This document shows positions 28,219 to 41,537 of a stretch of DNA of 64,000 bases, piece after piece (the stretch's first letter is position 1; each line of letters opens with the position of its first letter). The stretch spans positions 8,928,001 to 8,992,000 of the forward strand of contig OY740813.1 of NCBI GenBank assembly GCA_963514005.1, read 5' to 3'. The stretch comes from Raja brachyura. Lineage: Eukaryota. A program made the translations under genes and the position numbers. The notes under the pieces are model-generated. The model was not told where the DNA came from. It saw nothing but the letters and a program-made list of their open reading frames with translations, and ran no database searches.

Positions 28219-28921
28219 CAGTTCCTGAACCTAAACCTATACTTAAGCCAAGACTTCTGCATTTATTACGGTTCTCCTGTGATTTGTTGCAGTTCTCTTC
28301 AAAATTGGCTATTCACTCCAATTTGGCATTATCCACAATTTTCAGTTGTTTTTGATTCCAAAGTCTAAATCATAAATGTAAGTGATCCCAGCACTACGTT
28401 TTATGGAACAGCAATATCCAATTTCTCCCAACACAGTTTTCTTTACTCATATTCTCTGCTTTAGGTCTTGAAGCCAGTTAGCTATCTTTTATATTAGTTA
28501 TCTCCCAGGCTCTGCATTCTCTGATCTTATTCGTTAGTCTTGAATTAATTTGGGTTGTCTTCATATCATTGCCTATTTCCACTGTCGCTTTGGAAATCCA
28601 TACTGACCATGATTATACTTTTCTTTTCTGTCTGTTTTATTTTCTCCTTTAATGGCAATTCTGTTATTTTTCCTATCCCAGTATTAAATTGACTGGTCTA
28701 TTATTGCCAAGAAATGTCCTCGTCCCCTTCTTCAATATAGATATTATATCAACTATCTGCCAGAGTCAATGTAAGTCAGCAAGCTAAAAGTGATGGGATT
28801 CAGGCAGTACAAATTTGAATGAGATCAAGTTTACATGAAATGGGAGATAAATGATCAACCAAGAGCCAAAAGTCTGGAGATTACAAAGATAATGAGAAAG
28901 AAATAGACACCTCAAGGTTGA

Positions 28922-29447
28922 GGTTGTGTTTAACAAGGGTTGTGTCACACACAAGGGTTTACACACAAGGCTTGTGTTTACCAAGGGCTGTGTTTACCAA
29001 GGGCTGTGTTAGGGTTGTGTTTACCAAGGGCTGTGTTTACCCAGGGCTGTGTTTACCAAGGGCTGTGTTTACCAAGGGCTGTGTTTACCAAGGGCTGTGT
29101 TAGGGTTGTGTTTACCAAGGGCTGTGTTTACCCAGGGCTGTGTTTACCCAGGGCTGTGTTTACCAAGGGCTGTGTTTACCAAGGGTTGTGTTTACCTGGG
29201 GTTGTGTTTACCAAGGGTTGTGTTTACCAAGGGTTGTGTTTACCATGGGTTGTGTTTACCTGGGGTTGTGTTAGGGCTGTGTTTACCAAGGGTTGTGTTT
29301 ACCATGGGTTGTGTTTACCGTGGGTTGTGTTAGGGCTGTGTTTACCAAGGGTTGTGTTTACCAAGGGTTGTGTTTACCAAGAGTTGTGTTTACCATGGGT
29401 TGTGTTTACCATGGGCTGTGTTTACCAAGCACAAACACAACCCTTGG
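28922..29447 (+). repeat. 16-bp minisatellite GGGYTGTGTTTACCAA with interspersed 11-bp units
   Basis: By hand count, ~26 full units and 4 short units (GGGYTGTGTTA), followed by one inverted partial unit. Confidence 0.95.
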
Positions 29448-30699
29448 AAAGAGAAACAGTTAATGTCTCACCTTCAGAAATCTTCGTCGGAACTGGGAAA
29501 GAGAAAGAAACAAATTACTTTTCAATAGCAGATAGAAAAGGATAGAACAAAATCAGTTTCTCTGATAGGGTGAGACCAAATAAATTAATGTTACACTACC
29601 GGTTGGATAAATATGTGTGAACTGGAGGCACATGATGAATCTGCAGCTGCTGCAATCTAGACTAAACGACTGCTGGAGGAGTTCAATGGGTCGAGCAGCG
29701 TCTTACTGTGGTTGGAAAGGCCTGACGCAGGAACAAAACCTGAAACGTCGATCCTTCCCTCCACAGACGCTGCTCGACCTCCAGCATTCGTTCTTTTATG
29801 TACACGTGTATGAACTAAATGGGCCGAATGGCCTGTTGTGGGGGTTATAGATTTTATTTGATGTAAAATGGATTAATCCAACTCATAATCTTCTGAGTGA
29901 AGGTAAGGATTGAATTCATGAGGTGGAAGTTTTCAAATGTTGGCCCTCGCTCGGCGTTACTTTTCTATTAAATTATAAATGAGGTGGGAAGGTTAATTCA
30001 CCCAGAGCCGAGGTGTTTTCCCCCTGCAAATCAGAGGCCAAATGTGCACATTTACAATATTCATCAACATTGCATTTTTATCTCCAGATACCTGCTCTCT
30101 GGCGGTTTTTACTTGGGGGTTTCCTCATGTTTTAAGGAGAATTTTTCTCTTTTTCCGCTAATTATTTGAATTTCAGCGCCTTCGCAGAGGCAGCTCATGA
30201 TGACTTTCCCGCCCTGATCGCGGCACCGGCCGAGCGTCCGCGAGGTCCTAGCGCCCGCCACCGCGTTGACAGTTGGACCCGGGATCCCGCGGGTCCTAGC
30301 AACCACCGGATCGCCCTTCATTCACAGCACTGCGCGCTACATTTATGCTGCACATCTTATCGCACGCTGATGTCTTAAAGCGTCGACCTGATGAGAATCT
30401 GTTGGATTCTTGTGCCTGCTCCTGCATCAACAGCTGTACCGAGCCAGCCTCGTTAACTAGCAGCGGCAATCATGAGTACTAAAACGCTCGGGCGCCTACG
30501 TAATATGTAAAATAATATGTGATTCTGTTTGTAGTTTGTTTGTTTTTTTGCACAAAGTCCGCGAGCATTGCAACGTGTCCTTTCACTGCACATCTCGTAT
30601 GTGTATGTGACGAATAAACTTGACTTGACATTGCATGGTATGGGTGCAAACCCTCAGCAAGTCCATGTTTGGCGACCACTTTATATACCAACCGCAAAC

Positions 30700-31090
30700 T
30701 GACACAAAAAGCTGGAGTAACTCAGCGGGGCAGGCAGCATCTGGAGAGAAGGAATGGGTGACGTTTCGGGTCGAGACCTTTCTTCAGTCTGGGACTAGTT
30801 TGAATAGGGCATCTTGGTCAGTGTGGATGGATAGGGCCAAAGGGACTTTATCCATGCTGTATCTCAACAACGCCACATAAATAATTTTCATTGTGTTCAA
30901 CAAGGATGTTGCTGGTTGTCCTTAATATCTCAAGATAACATAATAATTCTCTTCAGTCTGAAGAAGGGTCTCGACCTGAAACGTCACCCATTCCTTCTCT
31001 CCAGAGATGCTGCCTGTCCTGCTGAGTTACTCCAGCTTTTTGTGTCTATCTTTGGATTTAAACCAGCATCTGCAGTTGCTTCTTACACAC
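30700..31090. mobile_element. Fold-back PLE-end element (second subfamily) split at its centre by a ~155-bp insert
   Basis: Left arm 30700-30790 and right arm ~30949-31090 are inverted copies of one another. Confidence 0.8.
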
Positions 31091-32404
31091 AAACTGACTT
31101 TTGTGAGTTTTGCACCCAAATTTGACTGCACTACACAATCCCTCCAACTACTTATGCCGAATGGTTGTTGGGCCAGAGGTCTCCCAAACGTCCATCGTAT
31201 AATTTAGTTTTGGCACTAAACTGTGCAAAAACTTGACTCAGTGCTGATACTGGTACCTCCTAAGTACCATGCAACTCAGACTCAAAAGCATTCCAGTTAT
31301 ATTGCACATAGTCTTTTTTCCAGGGCAGGGGAATCAAGAACTAGTTAGTTCTCCAGAGATGCTGTCTGACCCACTGAGTTACTCCAGCTTTTTGTGTCTA
31401 TCTTCTAGTTAGTTAGCTTATTGTTACGTGAACAGAGAGCATGCTATCCGGTCAAATGGTACTAAACACGAGTACAATAGATCATCTTCTGAAACAAAGT
31501 ACAGGTTTAAAATGAGAGAGGAAACATTCAATGGGAACTCGAGGGGCAACTTTTTCATATAGTGGGTGATGGGTATATGAAACGAAGAAGTAATTGAGGC
31601 TGGTTCAATACAACATTTAAAAGACATTTGGGCAGGTACATGGATAGGAAAGGTTTAGAGGGATAAGGGGTAGGCACAGGATAATGGGACTAGCTTGAAT
31701 ATGGCATCTTGGTCAGTATGGATGGATATGGCCAAAGGCTCTTTTTCCATGCTGTATGACAACAACTCTACATAAATAATTTTCATTATGTTCAGCAAAG
31801 ATGTTGCCGGTTGACCTTAATATCTCAAGATAACTTAATTTAATGCAGATGCTATAAATCTGAAATAAATACAGAAAATGCTGAAGCCACTCAGCATCTG
31901 TAAGAGAGAAAGCATGTTCAATGTTTGAGGTCAAAAATTCTTTGTCAACAACAACTTTCCTGATTCTGAAAGTTGTTACCAGTTCTTAGCCTCTCTGGTC
32001 AGCCTGTTCCTGCTAATATTTACCCATCAGTCCATTCCTGGCATTCAGTGGAAATCGCTTTAGTTAAAAGTTGTGCCTTGCTGAAATTTAATTAATGCTA
32101 GCATTGAATGAGCTTGCAAAACCAGTCAAATGTACTTCTCTTTGAAAATCAAAATAGCTGGGAATCTAAAGTCAAAACAGAAAATGCACAGCTGGTCAGG
32201 ACTCATCTGTGGGATTTAAACAGAGTTAAAGTTTCAGGTTTATGCTATGACTCTCTTTGCCCAGTTAAACTTGATTTAATTTATCATGTTCTCCAAACAT
32301 TGCAGCAGCCAACACATATATAACAGCAGAAGATGCAGGAGTGGGACATTTAGACCCTCCATTGTGGCGGATCTTTCCACTTCCCTGAACTAACTGAATA
32401 CCTT

Positions 32405-32458
32405 GGTGTGGGAGATTGCAACCTTCACGTGGTCCACACTGTTTCGACGAATGCAATC
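32405..32458 (+). ncRNA. Minimal HDV/CPEB3-like self-cleaving ribozyme
   Basis: P1 GGTGTGG/CCACACT with a G1-U wobble, P2 GATTGCA/TGCAATC, P3 ACC/GGT, L3 TTCACGT, a tiny P4 around a TTCG loop, and J4/2 A-C-GAA with the candidate catalytic C at 32448. Confidence 0.85.
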
Positions 32459-32543
32459 AACCTGGCGTGCACAAACAGAAGATCAAACAGAACAAGTTGT
32501 CTTACAACTTTAAGCTGTGCACGCCACATGCTAGAAGAAGAAG
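32405..32543 (+). mobile_element. Short non-autonomous retroelement headed by an HDV-like ribozyme, with a (GAA)n tail; copy 1
   Basis: 12-bp TSD ACTGAATAC(C/T)TT at 32393-32404 and 32544-32555. It ends in GTGCACGCCACATGCTAGAAGAAGAAG. A homologous copy lies at 45584-45724. Confidence 0.85.
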
Positions 32544-35500
32544 ACTGAATACTTTGATTCCTTTAATATCAAAAAATCTCTTAGTTACTCCCTTGAACAT
32601 TCTCAGCAATGCAGCCTACACACCCCTCTTAGGGAAAGAATTTCAAAGATTCATTACCCTCTGAGCAAATAATTTTTTTCTCATCTCTGTCTTGACTGAC
32701 CCATCATTATTTTAAGGCCCCTGTGATCCCCAGGTTTCAGGGAAATATAATTCTGGAATCGACCATCGTAAATCTCATAATGTTCCAAAATGTTGTAAGG
32801 AAAAATGCAGCAGTTTAATCTTACAAAAGATGATTCAAAAAAAAATTGGAAAAAGCAATAGGACTGGTGGAAATCTAACATTTTATTTAAGAACTAAAGT
32901 CAATAGCAGGAAAATACTTGAATGTTTAGCCAAATATATATAAAAAACACACCAAGAAGCTGAAAATATAATAGAGAGTAATAATCACAGATTCCAAAGG
33001 GAAAAATCTAGTGCAGGCAGTCTTACTGAATTTTTGAAAGAAGTATCAGAAAGTATAAGGGTTATGCAGTAATTGTATATATATATGGATAAAATGGCAC
33101 ATAGTACACTCTCGTATGTAAGATTGTAAATTCTATAATCAAAGAAAAAACTAGAGAACATATCGAGGAACTGCAGATGCTAGTTTACACAAAAGGACAT
33201 TTCATCACTAGAAAATACATCAAGCTGGCTATAATACTGAAAACATGCTTGTCCAACAGTTCAAAGACAGTTACTCAGTTGGCAAAAGGCGGGAAATGGT
33301 ATTACAAGGGAATCTTGGTCCACTGTAAATTACTTTAAATAGGATATCAAAAGTAAAACTTTAGATTATACAATTAAAATATTAAGAAGCGACCGTGTTG
33401 GGAATTGTGTTTTATTCAGAAGACTTCAACAAATTGCAGGGGAAATATGAAAGATCTTTCTGAAATAGTGTCAAATTGGCAAATGTAACTTCTGTATAGA
33501 ACAGATACAACAGACAAAGACAAAGCATTTTGGTTGGCACAATTACAGAAACCTTATGAAAAATGAGTGTCTACATAGGTAAGGAGGGACAGATATGCAA
33601 ATAATTAAAGTTAGCCACACAGATTAATTATACCATAAAATACAGGATAGAATTGAAGATCAGAAAAATTATGTGAAACTACACATTAAGCATGTAAATG
33701 GTTCTGGTCATTTGGATTATAAAAGGACACAAAAATGCAAGAAAAAGTGAAAAGAGATTAAATGGAAATATAAAAGTTTAGCTAATAGAAACCAGGTTGA
33801 ATGGGCTTGAGGAAAGTGAGGAATGAGTGCGACATGATGAAGACTTTAAGGTTATGAAAGTGTTGGTTATGGTAGACGCAGAAACGTTTTCATATAAGCA
33901 AGGCTAGAACTATGGGTCATGAATATAAAATATGAAATAGTTACTAACAAATCTCATGGGAAGTCAGGAGAAAATCTTTTACTAGAATGTTTATTAATTG
34001 TGGAGGTGACAATAATAAGGGGTAGTTGAAGTAAATAAGGTGATATATTTAAAGAAAACAAAATAAACATATCAGAAAGAAAAGCATATGAAGATATAAT
34101 GGTGATGTGGCTAAAAATGGGTAATGGGAATCGCAAGTATTCACATATGTATCGCAAGTTTTGGACTCATTGAGCCACACAATTGTGCTTTAAATGGCAT
34201 GTTCTAGTTAGTCCACAAAATTATATTCTTTCTAAAGGTTTTAGGACCTTAACAAAGGAGAGAATAGTAGAAAGATACATGGCATGGTGGAGGTGGCAGG
34301 GATATATAGAGCTTACAACCTGGGCAGTTTATGAAAAAGCTTCCAAATGAAATAATAAGGACATTTGTGGGAGGCCAGAAATGTACATTTCAAAAGATTA
34401 TGGGGCTGGAGGAAGTTACAGCGAAAGGGATTGGCAAAAGACAAGGAGTGATTTGAAATCAAAATAAGAATTTTAAACTCAAAGCATTGACAAACAATGT
34501 AGGTCAATAAACTCAGGGGTAAGGTTGAAATGGGAATTGATGCAAATTAGAATACAAGCTACATAGCTTTCTACGTTAAAGTTTGTGGAGAGTGTGAAAT
34601 TAGGACACCAGACAACATAGTATTGGATAGAAAATGTGGAAATTATAGGGAATATTGATCAAATTATTGAGATACTGTTCCCTCTTGTAATGGTGTGGCT
34701 GAACATGACATAGTTTAAGATAATTTGCAACAACACTCAGAGGGAAAAATAAGATCATTTCAGTCAACAAATTGTCATGATCCATGATTTATTGTTTGAA
34801 AGGGTGTAGTAGCTGATTCAAACATATCTTTCAAATGAGAATGGGATAAATGCTCAGAAAGTCATTTGCGGGGCAAGAGAGAGGGAATTGGAATTAATTG
34901 GGTAGTTCCTTCAAAGAACCAGTACAAGCACAATGGTCCATATTATCTCCTAGTGTGCTGTACAATTCCATGATGCTGCAATACCAAATGGCCACTTGGA
35001 CATGCCTCCAAAGGTCACTGAAACCCCTCGGAAATCATACTCAAGCATAATTTACCAGCTCAAGGAAAGATGGCTGTTGTTAGGGATGGGGGAGGTGAAA
35101 ATGTGAAGGGAATAAAAATATTTTTAGAAGAAAAAACATCAAAAAGTTCAGGAATCTGAAATATTCATGAAGAAAAATGTTTGATTTGCAGTGAGGAAGT
35201 AACAATCCGCAGAAGAAATTTTCACTGCACATGTAATGCACAGTAAGATATATCGGCACAATCGGGAGATTGGGAGCCCAGAGACTAACGGCATTCAAAG
35301 AGCCCAAGCAAATTGATGGAGCTGCATTTCAGTTCAACACAGATTAATAACAAGTTATGAGCCAGGTATGGTAAATGTCAAAGGTGAACACATGATGGTA
35401 TACATGAGTAAAAAAGGTAAAAAGGAAATATATCTGATTATTATTCACTCATTATGTGCATCTCATTCACATTAAATTGTTATCAGCCAGACTGAGTAGT

Positions 35501-36129
35501 AACTAGAATGCCTATCATGAGCAATTCTTAACTGGGTCAGATTTGCATTATTATTTGCAGAAGGCTGCATAGCTTCAAAAGGATGTTGATAGCACTGACT
35601 GAATGCAGAAATTCGTCTTCTTCGCAGTCCTTCAGAATTAAAGTAGACTTTCTTACACTGAGGTTCCTAACCAATGTGGGACCCTTAATCACTGCCGCAG
35701 GTGAAGTAGGTGACAGGAAGTATGCAGGTGGTTTGAGAATGGGTGGACTCTTTGCACCAACCCCACTGATTTTCTGAGTGGTCTTAACATGTGGTCTTTA
35801 TGTTCTTAATGTGTTTCCGAATGCCCTTTATGTTACGTGGCCACGGGCTAAAGATTCCCACAAGTCAGTGGGGATATTACATTTTTTCAAGGAAGCTTTG
35901 AAAAATCCTTAAAATGTAACATTTGTACTCAGGTAATTCTCTTGCCATGACAATGTTCAGAATAGGCTATCTGTTTCAAGAATACGGTATCAGGCAAACA
36001 ATGTGGCTCGTGGGAACCTCTTGAGTTTTGGGCCTGAAAATGTCACTGATGTTGGTTTGCTTATTCTACCAGTGTATTTGGATGATTTTGCAGATATACG
36101 ATTGATGGTACCACCCATTGATGGTATCT

Positions 36130-36425
36130 CTGTGTGGAACCAAAGAACTGCAGATGCTGTTTGACACAAAATGACACAAAGAGTTGGGGATGTTGCCAGT
36201 GTACGACTGAGACAAGGACTGTTCGACATAACCGATGAAAAGGCGGGCATAGCTGGAGCTGATGCAAGACCCCATAGCAACCATGCATTGTTCTCCCAGC
36301 TATTTTCACACTCCCTCCCCTATAATCAGTTTGAAGAAGGGCCCTGACCCAAAACATCACCTATCAATCTTCACCAGAAATGCTGCCTGACCCGCTGAGT
36401 TATTCCAACACTTTGTGTTCATTTG
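36130..36425. mobile_element. Rearranged PLE fragment
   Basis: A minus-strand RT piece VAMGSCISSSYARLFIGYVEQSL lies between inverted pLTR ends. Confidence 0.7.
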
Positions 36426-39400
36426 GTGGTGTCTCTCCAGTGCTTTGAGGTGCCTGGTGGAATTAATCCACATCTCAGAAGTATACAGCAGGAGAGGGGT
36501 CCATGTTCCCCACTAGACGGTGCACTTTATATCAGTTTGGAGGTTCAACACTTTATTCCTCAGACTCCCATTGGTGAATTTCATCATCAGTATCTACCTT
36601 GAATGTGGGGAGTCTTCACAGATATAAGAGGTAGTCCATCTTTCCCAGGATCTTATTATGGATTATCTACTGTCTAATGGCAGTGTTTATTTTATGGATG
36701 AAAAGTGTGAAGTCCATGTTCTCTCGTGCTGCAGTAAAAGAGTCATCAACTTGGAGCTTCTTCTCAAAAGGTGCACATGAGCAAGTGTGATCTAGGTGAA
36801 ACAACTTACAGGCAAGGTTGAAGTGACCTTGGTATTGGAGTGGAGGCAACAAGAGATGAACATTTCCCATTTGTCCTGTAGATTAGTTCCACTCCAGCCA
36901 GAAGCTTGAAGTAGCTTACAGCATTGCAGCAAGTAAGATTGAGAAAGGTTTTGGAATGGTGACGCAGCCCTGCTTGATGCCAGTTCGCACAAGATTGGGT
37001 CTGTGGTGGATTATTAGACTAAGATCACAGCTTGGACGCCATCACGAAGCAAACACGAGACACAGATGAAAATTTTGCAAACGCCACAAATGAGGAAGAT
37101 GCTAAACAATCTTATTTGATTGCTTCTGTGAAGTGCAAAAATGCCATGTAAAGAAATTACATTTATATTTTCAACACTAAAACTAGGGATATACTCCACA
37201 TGAGCTGACTTCTGCGATACTTCAGCTAATTTTGTCAACATTCTTTAAAACGATTAAGAATCAATTAAAAATGTTATGTTTTGAGTTAAGGATCATAAGA
37301 TCTTTTAAGAAAAAGAAAAGGTTGATAAACCTTTTCATCTTCTCAAAATACCTCTCAATCTTTTCTATCTCAACTCAATTGCTTCTATAATGCTTTTAAA
37401 CTGCCTGATGTGATATACTCCCCTGTTAACATATTCCACAAGTTGTTTAAACTTTAGATGAAAATCTTTGCTTGATACATTATTCAACTAACTTCTTCGT
37501 GTTAAGTGAATCCCTATTGTATATAAACTCTTCAGTTTAGGAATATTGCATGGTCACTTCTGTTAACCTTTTCTTAAATGTAAGTCAGTTCACCATAAAT
37601 GCTCCATTTTCACATCACAAAAAGGGCAAACCCTATAAAAATCTTTACTGATTATTTTATCTGAGGTCTCTTTCTATTTCTCATCTACATGTTTTCCAGG
37701 TATTCACAGTAATCTTATCATCACATCTCTGCATTGTCTTAAATATGTTACACTACTTATCGAATGTCCAACTGGGATGTGTTAAAGTTTCCCACAAAAA
37801 TAAAATACTAAATTTAAAGAAGACTGAAACAATTTATTCTACCCCAAACCTTATTCCTTAACCTCCATTCCTATCCCAGGGTGTGAGAAGGGGGTGCAAG
37901 AATGAATGAATAAGTTTATTGGCCAAGTATTCACATACAGCGAATTTGCCTTGGTGCTCCGCCCACAAATGACAACATGATATACAGTGACAGTTAGGAA
38001 TGACGCATAAAACATTAAACATTAATAATAAAACATTATCAAGCAGAGATACCCTGCCACATCTTACCAAATAACCATTCAAAAATGTACATAAACATTT
38101 GCCCCATAAATTGCCCATACAAATGCTTAACATTTTAAATTCCTGTACACACACAACTCCTATAAAGAGGCTTAAAACATTTCATTATATTAGAAATGGT
38201 ATTGAAAATCAAGTTGTTGCTGTTCTGACTTGTTTTCTTTCGAAAAGTGGATAAAGGAAGGACATAGCTTGTCATTAATGTACTTTTCTTCAATTGTATA
38301 GTAAACCACAGGATATATTAGGTTTTTCTTAATGCACAAGAATAACCAAATTGAAAAGCCCCAAAAGAGCATAGCAATTAATGGTTTACTTAACCAAGAA
38401 TTAATATTTATCCATAATAAAGCATTACCAAAAGGACTAAAAATGAATTGGATCGTTTCCACAGTTCAGAGCTCCAAAACATTGGTCAGGACTTTCAGTG
38501 CATTTTACAACAACAAGGTACAGTTGAATTGCAGCCACCATTATGGGAAACATGGCAGCCAGGTTATGCACAAATCCCCTTCCTTTCCCTTCTGTCTTCT
38601 TGGACTGTCGGTCAACCTCAAGAGAAAATTAGCAAGGAACCTACTCCCAACCATTCAGTAAGAGATGCCAGATGCCCATTGAGTGATCAATTGAATAGCT
38701 CCTCTGCAGTTTGAACATGTTTGTAAATTCAACCATGCAGCAAAGATTGTGAACTGAGGCAGATGAAGTTAACCCTGCATATCATATCCATGTTCCCTCT
38801 TCAGGTGCCGTGAATGGTGGAACTTGACAATGAGTCTTCACCAACTGTTCAGTTGTGCACAGCAAAACATGATCCGGTCTTTGCTAACGGGTGCAAACAT
38901 ACTGTAGGAACCATTTATGTTGAGGCTAGCTTCTGTTAGCATATTATATTATTTTGTCTAGATATATCTTGGACACTTGGGGGCGGCCATTAGATGCACA
39001 GAGTGGCGTATATATATGGGCATAGGGGCCAGGAAGTGACAGACACAGGGAGGGAAAGCATACAGTTCTCACCAGACCAATACCTGGTACGTTCATCTCT
39101 TTGTTTGTACAACTACTTCAATAAACAACCAATTAAACTGGAAATAATTACTGGAAGATCTGTTCAATTTGGTCTGCGTAAGATCACTCCTACTTACCTG
39201 TGTAACAATGGCAACTGGGAAAGAGGTCACTGGCTAAGTTGGAAATTTGCCATTACACAGAGAGAGTTACACACTGATTCATACGCTTAAACAAACAAAG
39301 TACTGATATGTTTGGTTTGGTTGATTATTGTGTACTCTGAGATACAGTAAAAAATGTTGTGTGCTGTCCAGTTGAACCATACCATACATTAATACAATCA

Positions 39401-40955
39401 AGCCATACACAAGAACAACAGGAAATGCAAAATAGAAAATACCAGAATGCAGTGTTATGGTGTTACCATTACAGGGACAAAGTTACAATTACAAAGAAAG
39501 TACAAATTAAAAAGAAGTACAATATCCACAATGAGCTAGGTTGCAATATCAGGATTACATCCTAGCTTAAGAAAGGATGTAAAGAGACAAGTTTACAATT
39601 AATAGGATGAGTTTCCATTTGTGCTTGATTTGGATATTACAGCCACTCAACAATTCACTCCGTAAGAACATTATTCGTATTCCTTCTGATTCAGAGTTAG
39701 TCTATTTTCCTTCATTTCAGAATCCATTGCTGCTATGTACTTGTTGCCCTTGACTTTCTAGGGGAATTGCTGCTAAAGAATCCTTGGTAAGTTATTCCAC
39801 TGCATCACATGGATGATGTGCTGCGTCCATAGTGTGCTCGGGGTAGAGGCAGTGCATCAAGTCAGCTACATTGTTTTGGATGGTGTCAAGCTTCTTGAGT
39901 GTTATTGCAGCTGCACTTTATCAGGGAAGAGAAAATCATTCCATCGCACTCCTAGCTTGTGCTTTATAGATGGTTTAAGGAGGTAGGAGATGAATCCATT
40001 ATGAAGGGAGTAGTAGCAAAACCAGCGTGGTTTTATAAAAGGAATATCATGTTTGTCAATCTTATTGGAATTCTTTGAGGATGAAATGAGGAATGGGAAA
40101 TTAAATGAGAAATGGAAGCTAGTAAATACAGTATATTTTCATTTCTAAAAGGCATTTCATATTGTAACACATAAAATGTACACGGGATGTAAGGACATAG
40201 GCTTATGTAAAATGTATAAGAATATGGATAATGGATTGGCCAACTAATGGAAAACGGAAATAAAAACAGAAATTGCAGGAAACACTCAGAACGTCCAGCA
40301 GCGTCTGTGGAAAGAGAACCAGTTAACATTTTAAGTCTTGAACCTTTCATCAGATGACGGGCACTGAACCTGAAGCATTAATTATTTCTCTTTCCACAGG
40401 ATGCTGCCCGACCCGCAGTGTACTTCCAGTATTTTCCAGTATCATTGCATGGCATTTATGCTCCACAAAGATAATGTGCTGCTTCCCAGCCCGTGCCTGA
40501 ATATTATTCAAGTCTTGCTATAAGCAGACTCAGATTGATTCATTATGTGAACAGTTGAGAGAGGAACCAAACTCTGCAACTCTGCCCTATCATTTTTCAT
40601 AGCAAGAAGATCATTTATGAAGCAGCAAAAAGTGGCTGGAATAAGATCTGTGTTAAGGGACTCCTGGAGCAATGTTCTTGAGTTGAGATGATCTGGGGTT
40701 GAAATTATTAATCTCCATCAACCACATTCATTTCCCATTGTGCCGGGTATAGATCCAGTAATTTGAGACTTTCGTTCCCAATTAAATTAGTTCAATTTTA
40801 ATTTGGGCTTCTTGATATCATACTCAGTGAAATGCTGCCTCAAGGACAGAGACTTCTTCCTCTCCTCTGTAATTCAGCTCCCTATCTATATTTTGGACCA
40901 AGGCTGCCCAGTAGCATTGTTGCAGAGTCTTCCTTTCATATTACTAATAATATTG

Positions 40956-41537
40956 GAGGGTAGCTAATGTTATCCCACTCTTCAAGAAAAGAGGGAGAGA
41001 GAAAGCAGGGAATTATAGACCAGTTAGCCTGACATCCGTGGTGTGGGGAAGATGCTGGAGTCGATTATCAAAGATGTAATAGCGGCGTATTTGGATAGCA
41101 GTAAAATGATCGGTACAAGTCAGCATGGATTTACGAAGGGGAAATCAAGCTTGACAAATCTTTTGGAGTTTTTTGAGGATGTAACAAGTAAAATGGGCAA
41201 GGGCGAACCAGTGGATGTAGTGTACCTGGACTTTCAGAGAGCCTTTGATAAGGTCCCACACAGGAGATTAGTGGGCAAAATTAGAGCACATAGTATTGGA
41301 GGTAGGGTATTGACTTGGATAAAAAATTGGTTGGCAGACAGGAAGCAAAGAGTAGTGATTCATTGGATACATTCAAAAGAGAGTTAGATAATGTTCAAGG
41401 CTAGCGGAAACCAGGGGTATGGGGAGAAGGCAGGAACGGGGTACTGATTGTGGATGATCAGCTATGATCACATTGAATGGCGGTTCCGGCACGGAGGGCC
41501 GAATGCCCTACTCCTGCACCTATTGTCTATGTATCTA
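40956..41537 (+). mobile_element. CR1 LINE fragment with a large internal deletion
   Basis: RT NYRPVSLTS...QHGFTKGKS...YLDFQRAFDKVPH joined directly to the 3' UTR at ~41358. Confidence 0.88.

Noticed and set aside
28969-29428. CRISPR-like or interstitial telomere array
   Set aside because: There are no unique spacers, and TTAGGG occurs only as isolated junctions of the short units.
28940-29545. 201-aa repetitive ORF (CVYQGLCLPRAVFTKG)n
   Set aside because: It is the translation of a 16-bp minisatellite, starts at a non-ATG codon and has no gene context.
30198-30391. ATGATGA and CTGA motifs suggesting a C/D-box snoRNA
   Set aside because: No terminal stem, odd spacing and no host intron evident.
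30388-30412. CTGATGA followed by a GAATC/GATTC hairpin, resembling a hammerhead core
   Set aside because: The obligatory GAAA after stem II is absent (TTGT instead).
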